64,000 nt of DNA from an uncultured Candidatus Berkelbacteria bacterium. Lineage in GTDB: Bacteria; Patescibacteriota; UBA1384; XYA2-FULL-43-10; CAINNR01. Position 1 is the first letter of the stretch; every line of letters starts with the position of its first letter. The notes beneath the pieces were generated by a model. It was not told where the DNA came from and ran no database searches. It was given only the letters and a program-made list of their open reading frames with translations. Positions 17,669 to 26,001 of this stretch are shown piece after piece. The position numbers and the translations under genes were made by a program. The stretch lies in NCBI GenBank assembly GCA_903851235.1, contig CAINNR010000015.1, positions 11,327-75,326 on the forward strand, read 5' to 3'.

Positions 17669-18541
17669 TTATTTTCTCTTTCTCACCGTGATTTCCACCC
17701 CTTTAGCTCGTTCGCGCTTTTCGTCTGACTCGATCATTTTTTGATGCTCCGGGTGAAGCTCGGTTCCATCATCAGCGGCTGAATTATCAATTGTGTACTC
17801 CGGAAGTTCGGAAATCGGCACATCGGGAAATTTGCCCCAAAAGCCAAGTTTGTAATGCCAGTTGATATACCACTGCTGAAGAATCATCACCAGCGATGTG
17901 ATCACCCAGTATATTGCCAGGCCGGAGGGAAGCTGTCGGGCGATAAAAATTGTGATTAATGGGAAAAAGTAGATTATCTGCTTGTTCATCATCGCCATCG
18001 GATCGTTCGTGCCCTTCGATTGCGGTGGTTGCGGCATCATCTTAGTTTGGACAAATTGCAGAGCGCCGGCAACAATCGGCAAAATCCAAAGATCCGGTTT
18101 GGAAACATTAATTCCGAGAAAATTCAGATTAATTCCCGACGGTTTTGGAATGAAATGATAAAGAAGATTTAGGTGATCAAGATTGAAACCGATCAAAATC
18201 ACTCGGTAAAAAACAATTAAGACCACCATTTGAACGATCAGTGGCAAACAACTGCCGTAGGGCGAAACTTTGTGTTCTTTAAATAATCTTTGCATCTCCT
18301 GCGACATTTTCAACTGATCGGTTTTGTATTTCGCTCGAACTTGATTTAACAACGGTTGAATTTTTTGCATTTCGATTGTCGATTTTGAGGCTTTAAGTGA
18401 CGTCGGCAACAAAATTATCCGTATAATTATAGTCAAAAGAATAATCGCCAAGGCGACCTGATGCCCGGGAATAACGGCAACGAAATACATCAGCATGTTA
18501 TAAAACGGAATATAGAGAATTGTGGTAAAAAAATGAGCCAT
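17669..18541 (-). CDS. yidC: membrane protein insertase YidC/Oxa1 (short Gram-positive type)
   Basis: Five TM helices, conserved C-terminal basic tail, synteny with yidD-rnpA-rpmH. Confidence 0.85.
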   Translation of the reverse strand: MAHFFTTILYIPFYNMLMYFVAVIPGHQVALAIILLTIIIRIILLPTSLKASKSTIEMQKIQPLLNQVRAKYKTDQLKMSQEMQRLFKEHKVSPYGSCLPLIVQMVVLIVFYRVILIGFNLDHLNLLYHFIPKPSGINLNFLGINVSKPDLWILPIVAGALQFVQTKMMPQPPQSKGTNDPMAMMNKQIIYFFPLITIFIARQLPSGLAIYWVITSLVMILQQWYINWHYKLGFWGKFPDVPISELPEYTIDNSAADDGTELHPEHQKMIESDEKRERAKGVEITVRKRK

Positions 18542-18691
18542 AAACTCCTTAAGTTAAAATCAAAATGTCAAAATCCAAATTTCAAATGAAATACTTGCGA
18601 CAAATGTTCAAAAAATTCAGTTTTTTAACCTCGACTTGCCGAAGGTGAGACGGGTGAGCTTCATTTGATATTTGAGCTTTGAGTTTTGGGC

Positions 18692-18925
18692 TTATTCCAG
18701 CGGGTCACATCCCCCATGACTCCATGGATTACATCGTAGCACACGCCAAGCCCCAAGCGCAATGCCCCTGATTACTCCCCGCTTCTCAATTGCTAACTTG
18801 CAATATTCGGAGCAATCCGGCTGATACTTACAGTAACCAGCAGGATAACGGCTGGAAAACCAGCCGTGGTCAGGCGACAGGGTTTTTTGATATAGTTCGA
18901 TAATTTTTATAAGAAATTTTTTCAT
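18692..18925 (-). CDS. yidD: membrane protein insertion efficiency factor YidD
   Basis: CKYQPDCSEYCKLAIEKRGVIRGIALGAWRVLRCNPWSHGGCDPLE signature. Confidence 0.8.
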   Translation of the reverse strand: MKKFLIKIIELYQKTLSPDHGWFSSRYPAGYCKYQPDCSEYCKLAIEKRGVIRGIALGAWRVLRCNPWSHGGCDPLE

Positions 18926-18990
18926 GAATTTTCATAGTCATTTCAAACAATAACATTGAAATGACTAAACTATTTGAGAGTATTGGATAT

Positions 18991-19326
18991 TTACCCGATC
19001 TTTTTTAATAAATCGGATAATTCTGTCTGGACGTCGGCAAGTTTTAACGGCCAATTTGGCAATTTGTGGGCGGTCAGAACAGCATCAAAGCCTTTCGGCA
19101 AAGTTTGTAACTCTAGGCGAATAACTTCTCGCAGGCGGCGTTTTAAGGCGTTTCTTCGAGTCGCCCTTTTATCAACCTTGGTACCGACAACGACAGCGAA
19201 ACGGATAGCGCCCAGGCGATTTGGCGCATAACGTATAGAAAAATTGACCGACCGAATCGATTTGCCGAATTTGAAAACTCTTTGAATCTCATTTGATTTT
19301 CTAAGCCGATTGATATTATTCAGCAT
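18991..19326 (-). CDS. rnpA: ribonuclease P protein component
   Basis: Basic 111-aa protein with RLRKSNEIQRVFK N-terminus, position upstream of yidD. Confidence 0.8.
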   Translation of the reverse strand: MLNNINRLRKSNEIQRVFKFGKSIRSVNFSIRYAPNRLGAIRFAVVVGTKVDKRATRRNALKRRLREVIRLELQTLPKGFDAVLTAHKLPNWPLKLADVQTELSDLLKKIG

Positions 19327-19354
19327 TGAACTGATGATAGCACTATTTTACGAA

Positions 19355-19387
19355 CAAAAAAAGGCGCCTGACCCGAAGGCCAGACGC
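19355..19387 (-). terminator. rho-independent terminator of the high-GC cassette (UUCG tetraloop)
   Basis: On minus strand gcgucuggcc-UUCG-ggucaggcgc (10-bp stem with 2 GU) followed by UUUUUUU. Confidence 0.65.
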
Positions 19388-19412
19388 TTGTTACATTTGT
19401 GAATGTCGGAAT

Positions 19413-20033
19413 CTAGAAGTTGATCTTGAGGCTGCCCTCGATACGGGCGGTGTCAGTAGTCTTATTGTTCACCCCCCACAGGTAGCGGAGCGACAACGAG
19501 CTACCACCGGGGCCGCTGATCTCGACTTTCGGACCGACGCCCAGTGTATTCCCGGTCCCTTCCTGCCAACAGTTCGAGACGGCAACGCCGACTCGGACAT
19601 TGTGGCGGACCGGATGACTGACGGCCACCTGGTTCGTGTACAGCACCCAGGGGCCGTTGTTGAGGGGAATATAGGCACCACCTGCGGACTCAAACTTCCA
19701 GTCCGATCCCAGCTCGTGGTTGTACACCCAGAACGGCTCCGCGAAGAGCTGGGACGACTTGTCCCACCATGAGACATAGCCACCCAGCAGCAGTGTGTCA
19801 CTCTTGCCGGCCTTCACAGGCCAAAGGCGGCCTGCTTCGTAGACCGGGAAGTCCGGCTGAGAGAAAGACCACAGCTCCCAGCCGCTGGCATCGAGCCAAG
19901 CGCTGGTCAGACCAGCGTGCCCACCTCGGGGCATGTCCACACGCCCAAGGAGCGTGCCATCTGCGTGGGCGACGGCGGACGACAGAACCAACATCATCAA
20001 GGCGACGAACAGAACAGCGGTGCGTTGCATCAT
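19413..20033 (-). CDS. high-GC ORFan: secreted protein with signal peptide, C-terminal Phe (beta-barrel-like)
   Basis: Roughly 60% GC versus roughly 40-50% in flanks. Start at MMQRTAVLFVALMMLVLSSAVAHA with AGGGAGG RBS. Alternating hydrophobic pattern, ends ...IEGSLKINF. Inserted between rpmH and rnpA. Confidence 0.5.
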   Translation of the reverse strand: MMQRTAVLFVALMMLVLSSAVAHADGTLLGRVDMPRGGHAGLTSAWLDASGWELWSFSQPDFPVYEAGRLWPVKAGKSDTLLLGGYVSWWDKSSQLFAEPFWVYNHELGSDWKFESAGGAYIPLNNGPWVLYTNQVAVSHPVRHNVRVGVAVSNCWQEGTGNTLGVGPKVEISGPGGSSLSLRYLWGVNNKTTDTARIEGSLKINF

Positions 20034-20098
20034 ACTGGAAACGCCTCCCTCTGCTTGGTTTTTTGGTACCAAGCGACCGGATATGACTGTGTATGGGC

Positions 20099-20127
20099 AT
20101 TATAGCAAAAGTATATACTTTTGTCAA
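20099..20127 (-). promoter_or_regulatory. consensus sigma70 promoter driving the high-GC ORF
   Basis: Minus strand TTGACA (20122-20127), 17 nt spacer, TATAAT (20099-20104). Confidence 0.5.
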
Positions 20128-20128
20128 C

Positions 20129-20159
20129 TAAAAAAGAGCCTCTTGGACTCTATTTTTTT
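20129..20159. terminator. bidirectional hairpin, likely rpmH terminator
   Basis: agagcc-tcttg-gactct hairpin flanked by AAAAAA upstream and TTTTTTT downstream on the plus strand. Confidence 0.4.
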
Positions 20160-20175
20160 ATTGGATGATAAAAAT

Positions 20176-20313
20176 CTAGGCGACGGAAAGTAGTTTGCGA
20201 CCTTTTTTTCGTCGTCGGGCAATAACAGCAACACCATCGGCTGTTTTCATCCTGGTCAGAAAACCGTGGTTTTTATGTCGTCTTCGATTGTTCGGCTGAT
20301 AGGTTCTTTTCAT
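20176..20313 (-). CDS. rpmH: 50S ribosomal protein L34
   Basis: Minus-strand translation [45 protein letters not shown] (45 aa), below the ORF-track length cutoff; divergent from dnaA. Confidence 0.85.
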   Translation of the reverse strand: MKRTYQPNNRRRHKNHGFLTRMKTADGVAVIARRRKKGRKLLSVA

Positions 20314-20434
20314 AACAATGAGATATTATCAAAAACGAAGATAAAAAGCAAGACTTTAATTTTAAAATAGCTATTCCAATGTTTGCAAATTGAAAAAAGA
20401 GAATTGAAAATTGTGGCCACCGCTTGCATAGCCT

Positions 20435-20443
20435 GTGGATAAC
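20435..20443. promoter_or_regulatory. DnaA box (TGTGGATAA) in rpmH-dnaA intergenic region
   Basis: Perfect match to the TTATCCACA consensus, 37 nt upstream of the dnaA start. Confidence 0.5.
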
Positions 20444-20479
20444 TTGCTATGTTTTGTGTAGATTAAATTTAAGGAAAAA

Positions 20480-21865
20480 ATGGACAAAGATTTGGAGAAA
20501 ATCTGGAAAACGGCACTTGGTGAATTGGAAGTTGTTTTGTCGAAACCGAACTTCACCACCTGGTTTAAAGACACATTTATTATCGACTACAAAAATGCTG
20601 TTTTTACAATTGGGGTGCGATCTTTTTTCTTTGAAGACACCTTAAAAAAACGCTTTACAAAAGAGATTCGGGCAGCGTTGCAAAAACAGGTTGACAAACC
20701 GATTGAGGAGATAAAATTTAAGACCGCCTCCCCCGCCAATCAAACAGAAACTCCGGCTAAAATTCCGGTAGTTATCCACAGGCCTGTGGATAACTCTGAC
20801 AGTTATTCACAGGTTGAAAACCCTGTTAATAACTCAGGAAATGATTCTTTAAAAGAAACTTACACTTTTGAAAATTTTATTGTCGGCTCATCAAATCAAT
20901 TAGCCAATGCCGCAGCCCGAGCATCGGCGCAAAAACCGGGCAAGAGCTATAATCCACTGTTTATCTACGGTGATCCGGGACTTGGTAAAACTCATTTGGC
21001 ACAAGCAATTGGAAATTTTGCCATCAGTCAAAAACCTAAAACCAAGGTTGTTTATGCTTCTTGTGAAACCTTTACCAATGAATACATCGACTCGGTTCGT
21101 GGCGGTAAAGCCAAAGATTTTAAAGATCATTATCGAAATGTTGATATTTTAATTATTGATGATGTCCAATTTCTTGGTAACAAGGAGGGAACCAAAGAGG
21201 AGTTTTTCCACACCTTCAATCACCTACATCAGAAAAATAAGCAGATAGTCCTAACTTCCGATCGACCGCCAAAGGAGATAAAGGGTTTGGAGAAACGCTT
21301 GATCAGTCGTTTTGAGTGGGGGATGGTGGCTGATATTCAAACACCGGATTACGAAATGCGCTTGGCAATTCTGAAAAACAAGTGTCATGAACATAAAAAG
21401 CTGGTAAGTGATGATATCCTTGAATTTATCGCCAAAAATATCGATTCGAATATTCGCGAGCTTGAGGGCGCGCTCAACAAGCTTTTCGCTCATATTGAAT
21501 TAATCAATAAGGAACCATCTTTGGTTATGGCCCAGGATATTTTATCTGATTCAATTTCCCAAAATACAAAGAGACAGGTGGTTTCGGCTGAAAAAGTATT
21601 AAAAGCGGTCCAGAAATTTTACAATGTTTCGATTGATGATATTGTTTCTCAAAAAAGAAATAAAGAGATCATCCGGCCGCGTCACGTAGCAATGTATATA
21701 CTGTATAATATCGTCGGTTTATCATATCCAGAGGTTGGTCGCGAACTTGGCGGTAAAAACCACTCGACAGTTATGCATGGTTGTAAGACGGTTAATAAGG
21801 ATATGAATAATTCAAAACAGTTTAAAGATGAGGTTGAAATGTTGAAGGAGATAATTTTTGAATAG
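20480..21865 (+). CDS. dnaA: chromosomal replication initiator protein DnaA
   Basis: N-terminal W..L..L motif, AAA+ Walker A GDPGLGKTHL, Walker B LIIDDVQF, C-terminal DnaA-box binding HTH; synteny with dnaN/recF. Confidence 0.95.
   Translation: MDKDLEKIWKTALGELEVVLSKPNFTTWFKDTFIIDYKNAVFTIGVRSFFFEDTLKKRFTKEIRAALQKQVDKPIEEIKFKTASPANQTETPAKIPVVIHRPVDNSDSYSQVENPVNNSGNDSLKETYTFENFIVGSSNQLANAAARASAQKPGKSYNPLFIYGDPGLGKTHLAQAIGNFAISQKPKTKVVYASCETFTNEYIDSVRGGKAKDFKDHYRNVDILIIDDVQFLGNKEGTKEEFFHTFNHLHQKNKQIVLTSDRPPKEIKGLEKRLISRFEWGMVADIQTPDYEMRLAILKNKCHEHKKLVSDDILEFIAKNIDSNIRELEGALNKLFAHIELINKEPSLVMAQDILSDSISQNTKRQVVSAEKVLKAVQKFYNVSIDDIVSQKRNKEIIRPRHVAMYILYNIVGLSYPEVGRELGGKNHSTVMHGCKTVNKDMNNSKQFKDEVEMLKEIIFE
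20771..20811. promoter_or_regulatory. intragenic cluster of three DnaA boxes inside dnaA
   Basis: TTATCCACA (20772-20780) ggcc TGTGGATAA (20786-20794) form a perfect 23-bp palindrome; TTATTCACA at 20803-20811. Confidence 0.45.
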
Positions 21866-22307
21866 TTATTCACATGGCTTTTTAAACTATTAGTCTTTAA
21901 ATATACAATAATCATAATAATAAGGGCTGTTGATAACTGGATAACAGTAAATTTAATCCCAAATAACTAGTGTCTGTGGTTGATAAACTGTTAATAAAAC
22001 GGTTAACAAAGCTGTTAATTACCCGGTAGGTTGTTAATAACTTTTAAAATAAATAGTTAAATTGATGGTAGTATAGTATAGACTGTGGATAACTACCAAA
22101 GTTATCAACAGGGCTGTTAATAACTCTGTGGATAACTACACTATTTGATTAGGGAATCAGTGGTAATTTATTGCAAAAGTTATCAACAAGATAATAAATT
22201 ATAGATTGTAAAATATTAAATTATAATAGCGGAAATAATTATTAACAAATCATTTAATCATTGCTATTTAATATTTTAACTTCATTATTTATCTAAAAAG
22301 GAGAATT
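21866..22307. promoter_or_regulatory. candidate oriC (dnaA-dnaN intergenic region with DnaA boxes and AT-rich unwinding element)
   Basis: Perfect TGTGGATAA at 22084-22092 and 22127-22135, one-mismatch boxes at 21928-21936, 22103-22111, 22180-22188, gggctgtt(g/a)ataac repeats, very AT-rich 22190-22300. Confidence 0.6.
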
Positions 22308-23414
22308 ATGAAAATATCATGCACGCAGGCAAAGCTAAATAAGGGTCTGTCAATCGTCTCAAGAATCGTCGGAACCAGGACAACATTACCGGTTTTATCA
22401 AATATATATTTGGAGGCCAAGGATGGCCAACTGAAACTATCGGCCACCGACCTTGAAATCGGTGTTACAACTTCAATCGGTGCCAAGGTTGACGAAGAAG
22501 GCTCATTAACGGTTCCGGCTCGGCTAATCTCAGATTTTATCGCTGCCAACTCAGATGAAAATCTGGAATTGGAGTCAAAAGCGACGACACTTCATCTTAA
22601 AAGCCAAAGGTACGAAGCGAATATAAAGGGAATCGACTCCTCTGAATATCCGGTTTTGCCCGAGGTGTCAAAGGACTCACTTGTTGAACTGGCGGTTGCT
22701 GACTTTACCGGAGCGATTTCCGAGGTTGTTGTCGCTTGCGCCACCGATGATACTCGCCCGGTTCTGGCCGGCATCTACTTTAAATTTGACACCGACACAC
22801 TATATCTTGTCGCCACCGACAGTTATCGTTTGGCGGAGAAAAAAATCGATGTTCCCGGCTTAAATATTAACAAGGAATTTATCGTCCCAGCCAGGACTAT
22901 GCAAGAGATTCTCCGTATATCATCTTCAGTTGAAAACCCGGAGAAGATTGCAATATCGGCGACTGAAAATCAGGTCTCTTTTAATATCGCCGGCACACAA
23001 GTGGTGTCAAGGCTGATCGAAGGCGCGTTTCCAAACTATAAACAAATAATTCCTTCAGCCTACAAATCATCGGCGGAAATCGATCTTCATGATTTTTCCT
23101 CCGCAATCAAAATGGCCTCACTTTTTGCCAGGCAGGGTGGAAACAACGTCAAAATTAAATTTATCGCTGCCGAAGCCATTATCACCAGTGTTGCCGACCA
23201 AGTTGGTGACAATATCTCCAAAGTACCGGCAAAATCGTCCGCCGATTCCGAGGAGATCACCTTCAATGCCAAATACATCGCTGATATTTTGCAAGTTTTG
23301 CCGGACAAAAAACTCCTATTTGAGGTCAATGACAAGTTTTCCGCCGGCGCAATCCGACCGGAAAAAGCTAAGGATTTTGTTTACATCATCATGCCACTTA
23401 GAGTGGAAGAGTAA
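22308..23414 (+). CDS. dnaN: DNA polymerase III beta sliding clamp
   Basis: 368 aa, three-domain clamp pattern, position after dnaA, AAAGGAG RBS. Confidence 0.9.
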   Translation: MKISCTQAKLNKGLSIVSRIVGTRTTLPVLSNIYLEAKDGQLKLSATDLEIGVTTSIGAKVDEEGSLTVPARLISDFIAANSDENLELESKATTLHLKSQRYEANIKGIDSSEYPVLPEVSKDSLVELAVADFTGAISEVVVACATDDTRPVLAGIYFKFDTDTLYLVATDSYRLAEKKIDVPGLNINKEFIVPARTMQEILRISSSVENPEKIAISATENQVSFNIAGTQVVSRLIEGAFPNYKQIIPSAYKSSAEIDLHDFSSAIKMASLFARQGGNNVKIKFIAAEAIITSVADQVGDNISKVPAKSSADSEEITFNAKYIADILQVLPDKKLLFEVNDKFSAGAIRPEKAKDFVYIIMPLRVEE

Positions 23415-23506
23415 CTTAATAAACAGGAGAGTTCAAATGTCAAACGAAGCTTATAATATAAAAATTTTAAATATTTGTCATTTGAATTTCATTCAGCATT
23501 CGATTT

Positions 23507-24550
23507 TTGAAATTTGAACTTATGCTTCATCATTTGACTCTCATCAACTATCGCAATCACTCAAAATTTGATCTCGATTTGTCCGAGATTACTGTTTTAG
23601 TCGGCAAAAATGGAATAGGCAAGACAAATATCTTGGAATCGATCGGCTTGCTTTCATCATGTCGATCTTTTCGCGGCGACAATCGGCTGGAGTTGATTAA
23701 ATTTGATAATGATTACACCAGGGTTGTCGCTGATGATCTGGAAATCTTTATTCAGCGAACACCGCGCTTGATTTTTCAGGTCAAAGACAGGGGAATCAAG
23801 CGCAAGGTCGCCGATTTTGTCGGCACTCTACCATCGGTGGTTTTTTCACCGGAGAGTTTGGCAATTATTACCGGCGAACCAAAGGAACGACGACGATTTT
23901 TGGATATCGTGATCTGTCAAAAGGATCACAAATATCTTCGTGGACTACAGGATTATAAAAAAGTCTTGTCTCAGCGAAACAATCTGCTTAAATTGATCTC
24001 CGACGGGCGAGCGAGTGCTGACCAACTCGATTTTTGGGACAAAGAATTGGTTGCGGCGGCAAAAATTATTACCGACGGCAGAGATCAAGCAATCAGCGAT
24101 TTTTCACAGCACTTAGTTCGGTTCTATCGAACAATTTCCGGCCAAAAAAAAGCCTCAATTGAAATTATTTATTTTGCCAAAGCCGGTGCTGATTTCGCGG
24201 CCAAATTAAAGACAAAAAGGGGAATTGATATCGCCGCCGGGCTGACAACATCGGGCCCGCACCGTGATGACCTGCAATTTATCTTAAATAATCTGGAAGC
24301 GGAAAAATATGCCTCGAGAGGGGAATTAAGAAGCATTGTTTTATCGCTGAAAATGGCCGAGCTGAAATATTTGGAACATGGTGTTAAACCGATACTGCTT
24401 TTAGATGACATTTTTTCTGAATTTGATGGCGATCACCGCCGACATTTGTACCAGTTGATTAAAAATTATCAAACCGTTCTGACTACTACCGACCGTGAAC
24501 ACTTGTCGCCCCTGCTCTTGACAAATGCCACTGTCGTAGAAGTGAAATAA
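23507..24550 (+). CDS. recF: DNA replication and repair protein RecF
   Basis: LTLINYRNH start, Walker A GKNGIGKTNILE, SMC-like signature and Walker B LLLDDIFSEFD. Confidence 0.9.
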   Translation: MKFELMLHHLTLINYRNHSKFDLDLSEITVLVGKNGIGKTNILESIGLLSSCRSFRGDNRLELIKFDNDYTRVVADDLEIFIQRTPRLIFQVKDRGIKRKVADFVGTLPSVVFSPESLAIITGEPKERRRFLDIVICQKDHKYLRGLQDYKKVLSQRNNLLKLISDGRASADQLDFWDKELVAAAKIITDGRDQAISDFSQHLVRFYRTISGQKKASIEIIYFAKAGADFAAKLKTKRGIDIAAGLTTSGPHRDDLQFILNNLEAEKYASRGELRSIVLSLKMAELKYLEHGVKPILLLDDIFSEFDGDHRRHLYQLIKNYQTVLTTTDREHLSPLLLTNATVVEVK

Positions 24551-24649
24551 TGGATTATGGCACTGGACAAAGAATTTTTTTTCTGCTATAATTAAATAAG
24601 CAACTTAACAAAGCCCCGCAGTGTAATATTGCGGGACAAAGGAGCGGAA

Positions 24650-24802
24650 ATGACTGAAAAAGAGCCAGAAGCTCAAGTTATTGCCGATGAGAGTAGGGTC
24701 AAGCGCAAGCCGGATCTTACGCTCGTTCAAGCAATTACAATGAGTGTTGTCGCCATTTTAGCAGTTGCGGTAGGCACCGTTTACGGAACCATCCTCTTTT
24801 AA
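24650..24802 (+). CDS. small membrane protein (50 aa), hypothetical
   Basis: AAAGGAGCGGAAATG RBS; MTEKEPEAQVIADESRVKRKPDLTLVQAITMSVVAILAVAVGTVYGTILF with one TM helix; TATAAT at 24587-24592 and a 6-bp-stem hairpin 24615-24635 in the leader; terminator follows. Confidence 0.35.
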   Translation: MTEKEPEAQVIADESRVKRKPDLTLVQAITMSVVAILAVAVGTVYGTILF

Positions 24803-24829
24803 AAAATATGGAGGGATAAGTTCTAAAAA

Positions 24830-24862
24830 ATCACCTGAGATTATATCAATGGTGATTTTTTG
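24830..24862 (+). terminator. rho-independent terminator
   Basis: atcacc-tgagattatatcaatg-ggtgat hairpin followed by TTTTTTG. Confidence 0.5.
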
Positions 24863-24887
24863 TTGCCCAAAGTGCTATTATCAGGAT

Positions 24888-25160
24888 ATGGACAGAATTG
24901 ACAAAATATTGATGCCGGTAATGGCCAAGAAGGGGCTCGGTGGGGCGGCGGTAGCGGCTCAGATTTGCTTTTATGCCTCTGAATATGGCAAAGGTAGTTT
25001 TGTTGCAACTTCGTTTTCTAAGGGCGTTCTAAAGCTTTCCTGTGCTGATTCAATTGACGCCGGCGAGGTGCAAATGATGAGTGAGGAAATAATTACTCAT
25101 GTTAATGAAAAAATCGGGAGAGAAATAGTTTCAAGGATAAGAATAGTGAACTCATCGTAG
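24888..25160 (+). CDS. hypothetical protein (90 aa)
   Basis: Start placed at MDRIDKIL after the terminator; Gly/Ala-rich small protein, no confident family assignment. Confidence 0.35.
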   Translation: MDRIDKILMPVMAKKGLGGAAVAAQICFYASEYGKGSFVATSFSKGVLKLSCADSIDAGEVQMMSEEIITHVNEKIGREIVSRIRIVNSS

Positions 25161-25219
25161 CTAAGTCTTCTCTAATCGAATAATGCGTCCAATGAAGCTT
25201 GTGTCTACTATCAAGCTAT

Positions 25220-25249
25220 TGACTTTTTAGTTCTCATATGCTATAATTG
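25220..25249 (+). promoter_or_regulatory. near-consensus sigma70 promoter for second high-GC ORF
   Basis: TTGACT (25220-25225), 18 nt spacer, TATAAT (25244-25249). Confidence 0.45.
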
Positions 25250-25314
25250 GGCGTTATGGTGAAGTTGCGCGAGGCAATCACCAAACAGTACGATTGAAAA
25301 GGACTGATCGAATA

Positions 25315-25914
25315 ATGAAAAAGACTTTGGTTGTTATACTGGTTCTTGCCGTACTGGCCGTTCCAGCGCTCGCGAAGGATCGCGGGCACAACGGAGGAGG
25401 GGACAAACGCGGCGGTGGAGAGCACCATGGACGTCCGGCGATCACGCTGGGCAGTGTCCTGGGCGCGGCAGCGGGTTTGTACCTGCTGTCGCGTATTGAT
25501 CGCTGCGTGCCGGAGTATATGCCGGCACCGTGCCTGCCTGTCTACCAGACGCCGGTGTACGGACCGGTGTTGCAGGATCCCGTTTGCCAGTTGCCGGGGT
25601 ACGGCGGTATTGGTCACACCGGTCGTTACGACGTGCCCTGCGTTGTCGAGTCGCAGGGCAACCGCATGATCGTCAACCGGCCCTATCGGCCGGGGACCCA
25701 GCTGACGGTGGAGGGCGAGTGGGTGACGGACCCGAACACTTTGCAGCCGCTGTATAGGAGGGAGCAGGGGTCGTTGGTTGTTGTTACATCCAACGGAGCC
25801 ACCTCTCTCTGCGACGTATTGCGTGGTGGCGCAAATCGCGGAGACGATATCATTGTCGTCGCCACCCCCTCTCCTGTGCCAGCACCGGCCACGGCACCGG
25901 TATATCAGCCGTAA
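25315..25914 (+). CDS. high-GC ORFan: secreted Cys-containing protein
   Basis: Roughly 60% GC. Signal peptide MKKTLVVILVLAVLAVPALA. Gly/His-rich segment, six Cys, Pro-rich C-terminus. Confidence 0.5.
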   Translation: MKKTLVVILVLAVLAVPALAKDRGHNGGGDKRGGGEHHGRPAITLGSVLGAAAGLYLLSRIDRCVPEYMPAPCLPVYQTPVYGPVLQDPVCQLPGYGGIGHTGRYDVPCVVESQGNRMIVNRPYRPGTQLTVEGEWVTDPNTLQPLYRREQGSLVVVTSNGATSLCDVLRGGANRGDDIIVVATPSPVPAPATAPVYQP

Positions 25915-25922
25915 GAACACAA

Positions 25923-25960
25923 GCGCTCCCCGACAGATCATGTCCGGGAGCGCTTTTTTC
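25923..25960 (+). terminator. rho-independent terminator
   Basis: gcgctccc-cgacagatcatgtcc-gggagcgc followed by TTTTTT. Confidence 0.65.
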
Positions 25961-26001
25961 ATTTCAATTAAACACACTAAGGTGTGGTATACATTGCTGT
26001 G

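Noticed and set aside
19327-19412. Expected rpmH location directly upstream of rnpA
   Set aside because: Only 85 nt and occupied by a terminator; rpmH was instead found at 20176..20313 beyond the inserted high-GC cassette
19469-20193. Multiple long overlapping ORFs in all frames (19469..19801, 19769..20086, 19798..20127, 19917..20105, 19933..20193)
   Set aside because: Artefact of high GC (few stop codons); only the frame with signal peptide, RBS and promoter is retained
21900-22200. Repetitive region that might suggest a CRISPR array
   Set aside because: The repeats are DnaA boxes and origin iterons (TGTGGATAA variants) of irregular spacing between dnaA and dnaN; no CRISPR arrays elsewhere in the window
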